From assembly GCA_965644315.1 (NCBI GenBank), contig CBFFRQ010000040.1, positions 310,001 to 374,000 on the forward strand: a stretch of 64,000 nucleotides of DNA. Reading direction: 5' to 3'. Source of the stretch: Caecitellus pseudoparvulus. Its lineage: Eukaryota > Protista > Bigyra: Bicosoecida. The position numbers and the translations under genes were made by a program. Below are positions 21,985 to 34,028 of the stretch, piece by piece. Under the pieces are notes generated by a model. That model ran no database searches. It had not been told where the DNA came from and saw only the letters and a program-made list of their open reading frames with translations. Every line of letters begins with the position of its first letter. The stretch's first letter is position 1.

Positions 21985-24153
21985 ATGGATGGTGTGGTTG
22001 TCCTCGACTTTGGGGCGGACAGCCTGCGAGCAGGGCTGGCAGCCCGTCCAAATTCCGCGCCTGGCCCAACAGTGTGAGTTTTCTGGCTGCACCCCCAACG
22101 CGCGCATGCGCCAGAGCTGGTGAATGAACTGGAATCCCTGCCCTTACGGTTTCCTCTTCACCCCATTACCACAGTGTTCTGCCCAATGAGTGCGCCAGGG
22201 TGAAGGGGCAGCTGGAAGCCCTCGTGGCCGAGCAATGCCGAGACGCAGTGACAGGTGCGTAAGGCGGCAGGCTGGGGCGCCTGCAGCCCGCTTACCCAAC
22301 CAAGGCGGCATCTTGCACAGACCCCAGCCAGCTGACGTTCAGCAGCCCCATGGACCGGGGCTTCATCTGCGACTGGGACACGCAGGGAGCCGTGCTGCAG
22401 CACCTGTTCTCTCGCTGGCTCAAGGCTGACCTGCAAGGGGCCAGCCTTGCTTGCACACTGCCTGCCCAAGCTCCAAGCAGCATCTCAGTGCGTGTCAGCG
22501 GGGTGGCGCTGTGGTCTGTGTCACCTGTCTCTGGGCAGAGGCCTCCACATGGACTCCTAACCCTGTTCACAGGCCTTGGCTTGGGAAGCTCTCTTCGAAA
22601 CGCACCAGATTGGACAACTGGCGACGCTTGCTGCCCCCGTCGCGGCAGCCGTGCATGCCTTCTCCCTACCCTCCGCACAGCCGAGTGCGCGCCAGCGGGG
22701 CACGCAGCCCGCGTCATCTGCAGTCTCTCGTGCCATGCGCCCAGCCCACGCTGAGCCCGCCGACGGCTTCCGGGAGCTGTGCACTGGGCTCGTCGTGGAT
22801 GCTGGGCACTCCGCCACCACCCTCACCCCTGTCATCCAGGGCTGCCCCCTTCGCCAGGCCGCTCGCCGCGTGAACGTTGGAGGCAAGGCGCTGCGGAACG
22901 CGCTCACCCAAGCTCTGAGCAAGAGGCAGGTGGACTTGACGAGCCTACCGCACGTGGCAGCAGGTGTTTTCAAAGCAGCCGCGTTCATACACCCCTTTGG
23001 TGGGGGAGCTGTGCTTCGATCCGTGGCGCAAGCCCAGGCCCTGGCACAGGACAGCTGCCTGCCCGCTCTGCACAGCGCGTATGTACGACACATCGCGCCG
23101 GCCCGGAAAGGAGTGTGCACCCCGCTTGAAGCGACGCTGTGGGGCATGGCTGCCTCTCGAGAAGTTGCATTGCAATGGCACGTCGGCAAAGAATCGGGTG
23201 GTTCGGCTACACGCCCCGCAGCAGCCAAGCGCAGCCGCAAGGGCGTCAGCCACAACCCGCTGGAACACTACCCGTGTTCCCCGCTCCTCGACCACATGGC
23301 GCCAGTGGACTCATGGAGGGAGCACTTGGGAGGTGTGCTTCGGGATGCCGCGACCCGCACGGCCCTTGGCGCAGGCGCCGAGCTGACACTGCTCGCAGCA
23401 GAGGCGGCCCAAGACAGCCTCTCTAACTCGCTGGCCTGGGACGGCGTGGGCCTGGGCGTCCAGCGTGAGTATGTCCTGCCTGATGCAGTTGCGGTACAGG
23501 AGGGGTTTCTGCGGGGCAGCCGGGATGACCCGTTCCTGACAGGCAGGGCCGCTGGCCTCCCGGGCGCAGGCGCAGGGCAGGCGACCGCGGACGGCGGTTC
23601 GGAGGTGGCGGACCCCGTTTCAGACGCAGGGCTTTCGGCGGTGACGGTCGGCGCCCATCGCTTCTCCATCCCCGAGCTGCTATTCACCCCATCCAGTGTA
23701 GGGGTGCTGCAAGGCGGCGTGGCGGAGGCAGCCGTTGCGTCCATTGGCGCTTGCCCGCCGGAATGGCAACCTGCGTTGTGGGGGAACGTGGCTCTGGTTG
23801 GGGGCCTCGCACAACTGCCGGGGTTTCGTGTACGCCTGGCTCGTGAGTTGCGTGCAGCGGCGCCGGCCGACATGCCGGTGTGTGTGTGGCGCCACCCTGA
23901 GCCTGCACATGCTGCCTGGCTCGGCGTGCAGCATGCGATGCGCCTTCCCTCCAGTCAGCACGAGCACGCTTACGCTGCATTGGCCTTGACAGCCGCTGAC
24001 TATGCAGAGCATGGGGCGTTGCGGTGCGTGCAAGTTGCCCAGGCGGCCTGGTCGGAAACCGCCCCCGCCCTGCTCGGCGCGCACGTGAACCCCGCCGTCG
24101 ACGACGCCTCAGCCTTGGCGGCACTGGCTGCCGCTCAAGGCGCCTTGGAATAG
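21985..24153 (+). CDS. ARP6: actin-related protein, ARP6-like
   Basis: Exons 21985-22073, 22175-22254, 22321-22487, 22573-24153 in frame; VVLDFGADSLRAG, PMDRGFICDWD, LVVDAGHSAT, REYVLPD, RFSIPELLFTPS, NVALVGG. Confidence 0.75.
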
Positions 24154-24196
24154 GCTGTGCATTGTGGCCGAGCCGCCGCCTTTCCCCCACGTGCAC

Positions 24197-27100
24197 TTAC
24201 TCTGCCCCGAGCAAGACGACATCCGCCAGCCGAACGTCAGCCACCTGCCCGTTGTCCAGTGCCAGCACCACCTCCCCATCGGCAATGTCTTGCACTTCCC
24301 CTGGGCCAGTGTGGCCGCCACCGAACACGAATGCACGTTCCTGTTTCTGCGTCGGTGCCACAGGCTTCGTATCACTGCCCAGGATGGTGAAGGAGCTGAC
24401 TGCCGCCCCTCCCACGCCCGTAGATCGCAGCAGCACATCTGCACCTTGCACTCTCTGGACAACTGCAAGCTCACCAGCACGAGGACCTTGTGTAACTGTG
24501 ACGGTGGCGAGTGGAACACAATGGGCGGGTGCCTGCTGTGCCTCGTGCTGTTCTGAGGACGCCGTGCCTTGGTGCTGGCCACTTGCAGGCGCGGCGTCAG
24601 ATCCAGGATACGCTGGTGTCGCACCGCCACTGTACGCTGGTGTCGCACCCCCGCCATATGCAGGCGTTGCGCCACCACCATATGCAGGCGTTGCGCCACC
24701 ACCATATGCAGGCGTTGCGCCACCGCCATATGCAGGCGTTGCGCCACCGCCGTATGCAGGCGTTGCGCCACCACCATAAGCAGGTGTCGCGCCACCGCCA
24801 TAAGCAGGTGTCGCGCCTCCGCCAAACGCTGGCGTCGCACCCGAACCATAGGCAGGTGTCGCGCCTCCGCCAGCTGCTGGGGTCATGCCCCCCGGCAAGG
24901 CACCGTACTGGTGCGCTGCTGACACGCCAGCCCCATGCGGCACACCGTGCGCGGCACCACCCATGGCCTGCATCTTGATGCTCTCATCCTCCACAACTTT
25001 GACCTCCGAGCGCTGCAGTGTGATGACTTTCTGGGTGGAGTGCAGCTCAACCTTCACGCGGTCGGGGAGGGTCTGCTTCACCCTGCCCAGCTTCTGGCGG
25101 TGCAGACCCTTCAGAACACGAACGGTCTTCCCACGGTACTCGTCATCTACACGCTGCTTCGCCTTGCGGGATGCAGCGCCAGCGACGGCACCAACTGCTC
25201 CGGGCACGCCGTCCAGCACCCGGCCAAAGGATGACGCAGAGCCAGCCACTGGACCCGGCACGACGACTTGCCTGCTGGCCAGGGCGAAGCAGCCTGCGTG
25301 CTCCGGCACCTTGTTGGAGTGCAGGAAGAGGCGTGAACGGTAGACGTACTTCACAGTCGCCTCCAGGCCCTTGTGCTTGCCCCGCAGCACCTTCACGATG
25401 GTGCCTGCCTCAATGTGGCGCTCCTTGTCGCCCAGAGCACGTTCCCGACGCGCGCTGGAGGACAAATTCCGCCGCACCATGTTCACTGGCACAGTGTGCG
25501 CCCTGTCCATCTGGTCCACGATGAGCAGGGAGCGGTGCTGGATGCCGACGACGATGCCTACCTGGGGCTGCTGCGTCGCCTCTGTGCGCACCTCCACCAG
25601 GTCGAACTTGCGGTGGCCCTCCAGCGACTCCGTGTCTGCCATGCGCTCCGCCGAGAGGATGAGGTCCCGGAAGAACACCTGCACTTGGTCCATGCCCGTA
25701 TCCAGGCGGATAACGGCAGTGTGCTCCGTGCCCTGGTCGCCGGAGTGCGCGAAGTACACTGTGCCAGTCGCGCCAGTGTGCAGCCCGCCCACCACCTTCA
25801 CGTGGTCGCCCACTGCGAACACCTTGATGGCGTTGGACAGGCTCTCCTCAAGGTGTTCGTGGATGCCCGCCTGCTCTGCGAGGCTGGGGTCCAGGTCCAG
25901 CATGAACGTCTCCGCGGCTTCGTTCACAGACACCACGCGGCCCGTGACGCCCTCCAGCGCACCAGCCACAACAGCCACTCGGTCCCCAGGCAGCAGCGCG
26001 GCGCGGGGTCCCTGGGACCGCTTGAAGGCAGTGGTCAGGCTCTGCGCCAGCGTGCGCTCCCACTCCTGTGCGTCCCCCGCCGAACCGCCCAGGAGCCCCG
26101 AGCTGCCGCTGGCCGGCTTGAACATGTTCAGCTCAGCCAGGGTGGGCTGGGGGTCCTTCGCGTCCACGTACGCTGTCTTCATCTCCTTCAACATGAAGCC
26201 GTCGGCGTAGAAGGCGTTCTTGAAGCGGTGCCCCTCCACGTTCAGACTGCGGTGGCGTGCCGGCTCCACCGAGGAGCGACTGCCGCCGGGCCCGGCCGCT
26301 TCCAGCGCAGCCTTCACCTCCTCTGCCGAGAACAGGCGCTGGGGGGGGCGGCGGCGCGCCCTGCCCGTCACGGCGCGCTTGTGGGCAGGCGTCGCCAGCA
26401 GGCTCAGGTCCAGGCGGGGCACGGCCATGAGGAGCACCCGCGCGCCGCCATCCAGGACGTCTCGTACTTGGGCCAAGTCGCCCTTGTAGGCGCCGCGTTT
26501 GAAGCGCACCCAGGCTCCACGGGTCAAATCTTGGTTGCGCTTGGGGACGGAGACGACGCTGGTCATTTCCCCGACAGGGATGAGCTTGATGCTGCCGGGG
26601 CGCCAGCCGTACACGTCGGGAATGCCCTGGATGGCCTGCTGCACGTCAGCCTCGTTCTCCGCCTCCACGTACACGTGCTCCTTGGCGGTGCGCACGACGG
26701 AGTAAATGCGCAGCGGCTGCCCCGCGGCGGCCTTGGCGAAGAACTTGTTCGTCAAGGCGATCATGATTTCCATCTCCTGCCCGGCCTGCGCAGGGAGAGG
26801 GCGGGAGAAGGGGGTGGACACAGGCACAGCACCAGCAGCACCAGCGCCACAGCGCACCTTCACTCGGATCATCCACAGCTTCGGGTCGTGCACACTTGGC
26901 AGCTCAGCTTGCTGGGCCACAAGGCCCCCCGTCGGGCCCTCCTCCACAACTGCTCGCTCAGTGTACCCCGATTCTCTGCGAAGCAGTTGAGCGTGAAGCA
27001 GTGTCGGGCTGTTGGCGGAAATTGGACGCCCGCCCTCCTCACTTTGACCTCCTCTCGTAGCCCGCAGCAATCTCATGTGCACTCTTCGTCTCCAGCGCAC

Positions 27101-27588
27101 CCCTCTTTCGACCTTCGTACTCCTCACGAATCTGCATCACAAGCGTGCGTCCTTGTGCAGCCGCAGGTGGCATGGCAGCCCAAAGGAGCCTGGCTCACCC
27201 TGTCGGCTGCCACTCTCGCTGCCTCTGCCTCCTGCTGGTCAGTGCGTGAACGCCATTGGGAGGAGTCCTCGTCTTCGTCCTCCATGGCCTCCTGGTCCAG
27301 GTAGTTGGCGATTCCGCTGCGGGGCTTCTTCGCCTTGCGCTTCGTCTTCTTTGCTGGCTTGGCACGTGCGCGCTTGCGCGGTGCCACGGGTGCTGGTGCT
27401 GCGCCTTCACTGTCGCTGTCGCTGTCTTGCGCGGCGCTGCCCCCCTCCTCATCACTTGAATCGGTGTCATCCTGTGCGAGCACTGCATCAGGCACTGCTG
27501 CAGCTGCGTTCTGGCCCACCACCACTTGCTCCTCCTCGTCTGACGAGCCGAAGGCGTCGCCGATGGCGTCGTCAATGGCTTGCTGCAT
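24197..27588 (-). CDS. SPT5: transcription elongation factor SPT5
   Basis: Acidic N-terminus, NGN domain (LPSVHDPKLW, HVYVEA), several KOW motifs (YKGDLAQV, GDHVKVVGG), C-terminal repeat region. Introns 27198-27132, 27042-26976, 26857-26786. Confidence 0.95.
24608..24871 (-). repeat. coding 24-nt tandem repeat x11 (SPT5 CTR, GGGATPAY)
   Basis: Period of 24 nt is directly visible; encodes GGGATPAY and close variants. Confidence 0.95.
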
Positions 27589-27725
27589 GCCGCCCAATTT
27601 CCGCACGCACTCGCCCGCCTGCTTACCGTGCCCACTGCTCCAGAACACCACAGAGCGGGTAGTGTACGGGGACCTTGGACATGAGAGGGCATGCGGGGTT
27701 GTTTAGTTTTGCGCCGAAGCCAACC

Positions 27726-30700
27726 ATGGCGCAGCCAGCGCAGGGCAGCGGTGGCAGGGGCCAAGCTGCAGCTGAGCCGCTGAACGCCAGCGGCAGACAC
27801 GAACCTCCATACCCAGTGGTACTTCTTGGCATCGGGCATGTCAAATCCCAAGACCTGCACTTTTGTGGGTCCCGGAAGAGCACTCCCCACACCCTCCAAT
27901 GCTCGTCTCCGTGAGCTGGCCGTGCATGGAAGAGTGGGCGGGGTCAACGGCACTGCACCAGCCCCGCGTCCAAGCTGACCTGCCAGGCTCTATGCTCATG
28001 CTCTCACAGCTCAGAGGATAGGCTTGAGTTTCTATCAAACGCCTCCTTGGGCTTCTCTTTCTCCCTGCTTCTACCAGGTCAGCGAGCGGGCCCACCACAA
28101 GTGCAGTGAAACATGGCAGACAGCGAAGCACCATCCCAAGATGACGCCACGCATGGTCCCCTGCACGGCTGCACGGTGCACATCAGGCAAGGCCTGGCAG
28201 CAGGCCTCTCAGGGGTGCGTTACAATACCTGCTGCCGCCTATCTGCGCCGCTGTGTGAGCGGCCTCAGCGCTGGCACGCGATGCTGGGCGGAGGTTGACC
28301 CTTGCTGTGAGCAAAGTCCGCACACACCCCACGCCCACGACGCTGCACAGGTCGTGCGCTATCATGGGGCTGTACATTTCGCAGCTGGGGACTATGTGGG
28401 GGTGGAACTCTTTAATGGCGCCCTTCGCAACGTCAACACAGGCACAGACGGGTCTGTGGACGGAGTGACTTACTTCTCTCCAAGCAGCGCCAACGCTGCG
28501 ATTTTCGTGCGGGACGCGGACGTGGAGCAGGCCCAGCCCGCAGTGCCAGCCCCATCAGGCGCGACGTTGCTGGCATCTCCCACGCCAGGTGCGCCTGTAG
28601 GCCGAGCAACAGGCTACACGCCGCGCACCTTGTCTCCTGCCCGCGCCGCGGAGAAAGCGTGGAACTCGGCGCACGGCACAGCTGCGAAGTACAGAGCTCC
28701 TCACGAACGCCACGCATTCATGCGCGCACGCCAGGGCCTGGGCGGATCTCCGACAACTTCCCGTGCAGCCTCGCATCGTGCAGCCTCGTCGCCTCCCCCT
28801 GCTCGCACCAGCTCGGGCCCAGTGTCACAGCCTCGCAGCTCCAGCACCAGCAGGAGCAGGAGCAAGAGCAGAGCTGGCTCAAGTGCACACCGTGCCCAAC
28901 AACCGGTCCGTGGTTCTGGCGCGCCAAGCCGGCAGGGAGGCTCCAGGGCTGGGCGACCTGCATGGCGGAGCGGCGGTGGCAAGGCTCCTCGCTCGCGCGC
29001 ACCCCCTGCCCGAGGCAGGCGTGCCGGCACCAAGCCACCTCACCCCCGCCCACAGGCCGAGCAAGTGTACGGCAGTGCTCCGTCCAGCCCCTTCATGGAG
29101 GTGCCCAAGCGCAGGGCTGCCGTGGAGAAGCACAGCCAGGCCATCGCCGCATCTCGCGCCAAGGGCAAGCGGGCCAAGGACCCCTTCGTGACGGCCAAGC
29201 GCTTCACATCTGCAGCATCCTGGAGTCGGCACCCGCCCAGCCGGCGCGGGCCGCCCAAGGTGCACCACACGCCGCCTAGCCGGCGCCAGGAACGGGCGGG
29301 AGACCAAGCCCCCGCGCAGTCACCCCCCAGGCAGTCCCCGTCGCCCACCAAGCAGCCAGAGCAGTCCTCGCCTGAGGAAGAGGATGCTCCCACCAGCCCC
29401 GAGTGGTGGCAGCGGCAGGGGCTTGGGGACATGGAGGAGGCCTTCGCAGCAGCGTCACGAGGCGAAGGCGGTGGCCGCCAACCCACCTCCCCTGCCCACT
29501 CGCGCCGCACAGACCCCGTCCTGCACCCCCTCCGCCCCCTGCAGTCCAGCTTCGGCCGCAAACCCCCCTCTCCAGAGGTGGGCAGCCCCCGCCAAGCCCA
29601 CCGCACTGCATCCCCTGGCCAGGACCATGCCGCTGGCGCCGCCCTGCCTCAGCACACACAGCCAGACGTGTCAGCTCTGCGTGGCGCTGACCCTGCCCCT
29701 GGTGCACGCAAGCCGTGGGTGTTGCAGCACGCCTCCACGCCGGGCAACACACGAGTCCAGCGCGCACACTACTCGGCTCGCTCGCCGCCCAACATCGGTG
29801 CCGGCAGCAGCACCATCCGGCGGCGGGGCAGCCTGTCGCCTGGCAGTGCCAGCAGCTCAGCGCCACCCCTGGAGGAGTACGATGAGAGCACCATCAAAGC
29901 CCACACCGAGTCCACACGGGGCCGTGGCGAGTCCCCCCACAGCCAGCACAGCGCACAAGGCATCCATCGCGCCACCGCCTCCACCGCCGCCAAGGCAGTG
30001 CACACGACGGCACGACAGGAGTGGACGCGCCGCAATTCGCAAACGCTGCAGCGCAGGGCAGGCTGGCGCGGCGCGGGGGCTGCCTCCTCCCGCACGCTGC
30101 AACGCAGGGCTGCGTCAGCTCCTCGAGCGCTGGGCAGTGTGCGGGGGCGCCAGGGTGGAGGCAGCCCTGCCTCCGGGCACCGGGTCGTGAATGGGCAGGT
30201 CATGCGCAGGGCGGGCGGGGGTGGCTGGGTGCCAGTGTCCCCTGGCGGGCAGTCAGAGACTGTGGGTGCGGGCGTGACGGTGCAGGAGGCGGTGCAGTCT
30301 CGCAAGGCGCGGCGAGCGCTGTCCACAGGCCCCCCACGCCGCGCGGCCAAGCCCCGGCGCCCCAGCAGAGCAGGCGACCAAGTCTTGCAGGAGCGCTCCA
30401 CCGCACGCATGATCCAACTGGGCAAGCTGCAGCCCACAGCTGTGTCCCTCGGCGGCTTGAAGCACACACGACCCCACTCGCCCCGCACGCACGCCCTGGT
30501 GCGGGACCGGCTGGGCCTGCCCCCCAAGCCCAAGCGCCGACCAGGCAGCCGGGCCTCCACCCCCACCAGCCCGCAGGCAGAGTCTGCGCCGCCGCCGCCC
30601 CGCCGACAGCGCAACAGCCTCAGCATCCCTGTCCCGCCCGGTGCTGGCGAGTTGCATGCTGGCACGGGCACAGTGAAGGTGCCCCCCCCTCGAATCGGCA

Positions 30701-33700
30701 CTGCTGGTGCTGCCATCCTGGGACAGAGTGTGGGGGGCGGTTTGCGTGATACGTCAGCGGTGCTGGCACGTGACACGCTGGGGCGCCCGATGTCTGCCGC
30801 CCGCACTTCGCGTATTACAGCGGCCTATGAAGCTGACCTGGCTGCGGGGCACCAAGACAGCCTTGCGCTGGGCCAGGCCGTGGAGCAGGCGGTGACTGCC
30901 TCGCCAGACAAGCGCCTGGCGCCAGCTCAGGCCATGCAGCTATCTGGTGCTGCGCTGCTGGCGTCACCCACGCCCTCGCGGCCCCGGTACACAGCCTCCC
31001 CCCTCGCGCCGCCAAAAGCCACGCCAGTGCCTGCAGAAAGCAAGCCTGAAGCGCCAGGCTCAGGTGGAGGGGGTGTGACTATGTCAGCTGCTGAGTTCCT
31101 GGCAGCGTCTGCCGCACCCCGCACGCCGGCCCCCCAGCCCTCCAAGCTTGAGGCCCTCGCAAGCTCTGTCTCGCTGTACGGCAGCTCCCCCGGCTCCGAC
31201 GAGGAAGAGGGTGGTGAGTCTGTCGGGCTGCGGGACAGCAGCGTGCCCGCGCGAGGCACAGGGGCGGCCAAGGACCCTCGCCCCACACTCATGTCCCCGC
31301 CCAACCCCCAGCACATGCAGGGGGCATACGCTGCGCTGTCCACCCCCCAGGGCCAGGCCACCCTGCAGGCGAAGATCCAAGAGGCACGTGGCCTCGTCCG
31401 GGACTCCATGTCCCGCACACACACTGGAAGCCCCGCCTCCACTGCTGCAGCGGAGGCGGCCTGGGCAAAGCGAGCTGCCGACATCAAGGAGGCGTCTGCC
31501 AAGTTCGACGCGCAGAGTGCAGAGATTGAGCGCCTTCTCAACAGCGCCCGGTCGGTGCTTGGGGAGTCCTCGGCTATTCTGGCTGCGAGGGAAGGTCAGC
31601 ACGGCTCAGGCGAGCAGGAGGAGGCTGGTGCCCCTGCCCAGGCGCCAAAGCAGCCTGGCAACGCGCAGCTGCAGCACCTCAAACGACTCGTGTCACAGGC
31701 GCAAGGCATGACACAAGCCGCCGAGCAGGCTGTGGCATCTGTGAAGCAGGTCGCCTCCCCACCAGACTCTGTCTCCTCGCAGTCTGTGCCCTCAGGCTTC
31801 GAAGCAGTGCAAGAGCTGGTCACCACCACTGTTGCTGCTGCCATGGCTACAGCCAGCGCTGTGGCGGCTGCTGGAGAGCAAGACAAATCCGCTGAAGAGG
31901 CAGCAGGCCGAGCCGCAGCCGGGGATGAGAAGCCGCAAGAGGGCACCGCCACACCCCCCGCTGCTGAAGCAGTGCCTTCGCCAGATGCCACGCTTGTATC
32001 TCCACAGAAGCCTGAGAATGAGCCAGCACAAAGGGACAGTGGGGCAGAGGAGGAAGCGGCTGGTACCAGGCCTGACGACGATTCACAGCCAGCGCCACCT
32101 GCTGGCTCCATTCAGGAGCAGACGACGCCCCCACCCAAGCAAGGGAGCTCACCCCCTGCGCCCAAAGTTGAGCGTGCACCCCCGGCCACTGCTGAAAGTG
32201 GTGATTCGCCCGCCAGTGTGGGTGGAGCTTTGCAGGCTGCAGCTGTGGCAAGATCGCCGGCCGAGCGTTCGACTCCCTCCGGCGGCACACCTGCACAGTC
32301 TTCAGAGGCAAAGCCAAGCCCGCTCTCAAAATCAGGCACCAAGCCTTCCTCTTCCCCTTCCACACCTAGCCATCCAGCACAGTCACAGGCAGACAAGCCG
32401 CGTTCAGCCAACCCACAAAGTGGCAAAGCTTCCGCAGCCTCCCTCTCTGCGGCTTCACCCCCTGTGCGGCCGCTCAGGCCCCCCCCTGCAAGGCCAGAGG
32501 CAGGCAAAGCAGGAGCTACAGAAGCACCAAAGCCATCTATTACCCCAAGCAAGAGGAAGGCGGGCGACTCGGCCCGGGCAATGCTGAGTGCAAAGAAGCC
32601 CGATGCACGCAGTCCAAAGAGCGCCGCTCCGCCTTCCCCAGCTACACCTGCCTTGCCAAGTCCGAGTCCCCCGCGTGCAGGCGCCCCAGTACAGTACAAA
32701 GTCCTAGCGTATGCTGGCATTTGTGAAAAGGGCCACAACGAAGACGAGCCGCTCAAACCGAATCAGGACAACGTCATCATGTCTGAGCACCCGGAGACAG
32801 ACAGCGTACTGCTGGGAGTCATGGATGGCCACGGCCTGTACGGGCACGAAGTCAGCGCTGCACTGGCTGATGGCCTCCCACAAATCATCTTTGCACACCC
32901 AATCTTCCTCGAGGCTGTGGAATCGTTCGCCGCCGCTTCGAGCAGAAGTGCAACTCCAAGCATTCCCCCGCATGGCACTAGCAGCGCCCAAGACCTGCCG
33001 CCCGCACATGCGACTTTTGCCAATGCTGTGTCGGGCGTGATGGCCGAGGCAGTGGCAGAAATCGAAGATGCGCTGCTTGCGAATTCCGAGCTGGATTTGA
33101 GCCGGTCTGGCTCAACCCTCGTGCTGGCGTTGGTGCACCAAGGCTTCGCCGTCGTGGCGAACATTGGCGATAGTCGCATGGTCATCGCTGCACCGCCGAC
33201 TGGACAGCGCCCGTGTGCCATAACAGCAGTCACCTCCGACCATAAGCCCAATGCTCCCGGTGAGACCAAGCGCATCTTGCTTGCTGGCGGGTGCGTGCGG
33301 GCCATCACATACGAGGACGGCCAAGACGGCCCCATGCGCGTGTGGACCAGCATGACATCCGAAGCTCCCGGCCTTGCGATGTCCAGGTCTGTGTGTGACA
33401 GCCTGGGCAAGACTTGCGGCGTGACGTCGGACCCAGACTTTTTCTACGTGGCTCTTGGACCCGGTGCGTCCCACCTCATCCTGGCATCCGACGGCCTCTT
33501 CGAGTTCGTGTCCCATGAAACAGTGGCAGATACGTTGGCCATGACGCACAAGGCTGCATTGGTGCAGGTTGCAGATGACCACAGTCAGTCCCCTGGTGTG
33601 GATGCCAAAGCACTTCTCACCGGCGATTTGGCTTCCGCAACCCCCGACGCTGCACTTCGACACGCCCTCGCGAAGCAAGTAGACGAGGAGCACCTCAAGC

Positions 33701-33834
33701 TTGCCATCGACGCACTCGCAGACACAGCAGTGCAGCACTGGGTCGATGAGGAGGGGGTCGTCGATGACATTTCCATCCTGCTTTGCTGTTGCGGGCCGGC
33801 GAGGGACGTGGACCAGCCCGGGCAGGACACTTGA
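27726..33834 (+). CDS. CAP-Gly domain + long disordered region + PP2C (PPM) phosphatase
   Basis: CAP-Gly VVRYHGAVHFAAGDYVGVEL...DGSVDGVTYF (~28351-28476); PP2C NQD, MDGHG, ANIGDSR, DHKP, LAMSRS, ASDGL, VDDIS (~32700-33790). 5' exons uncertain (candidate ATG 27726; ORF opens at 28024). Confidence 0.8.
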
Positions 33835-34028
33835 AGCGTAGAGGACGTCGGATGGCAGCGTGCTGATTGGATGCGTAGTATGATGTGGTAGAGTGCGTCG
33901 AATGCATTTTGCAGAGTTGCCTGCTCTTGCCCCTACGATGAGTTGCAGCCCGAATGGGACAGAGCCAGCGGCCCCGCTTGCAGCCGCCTGCCCCATTCAA
34001 ACTACACACGACTAAGGCACAGCCCACC

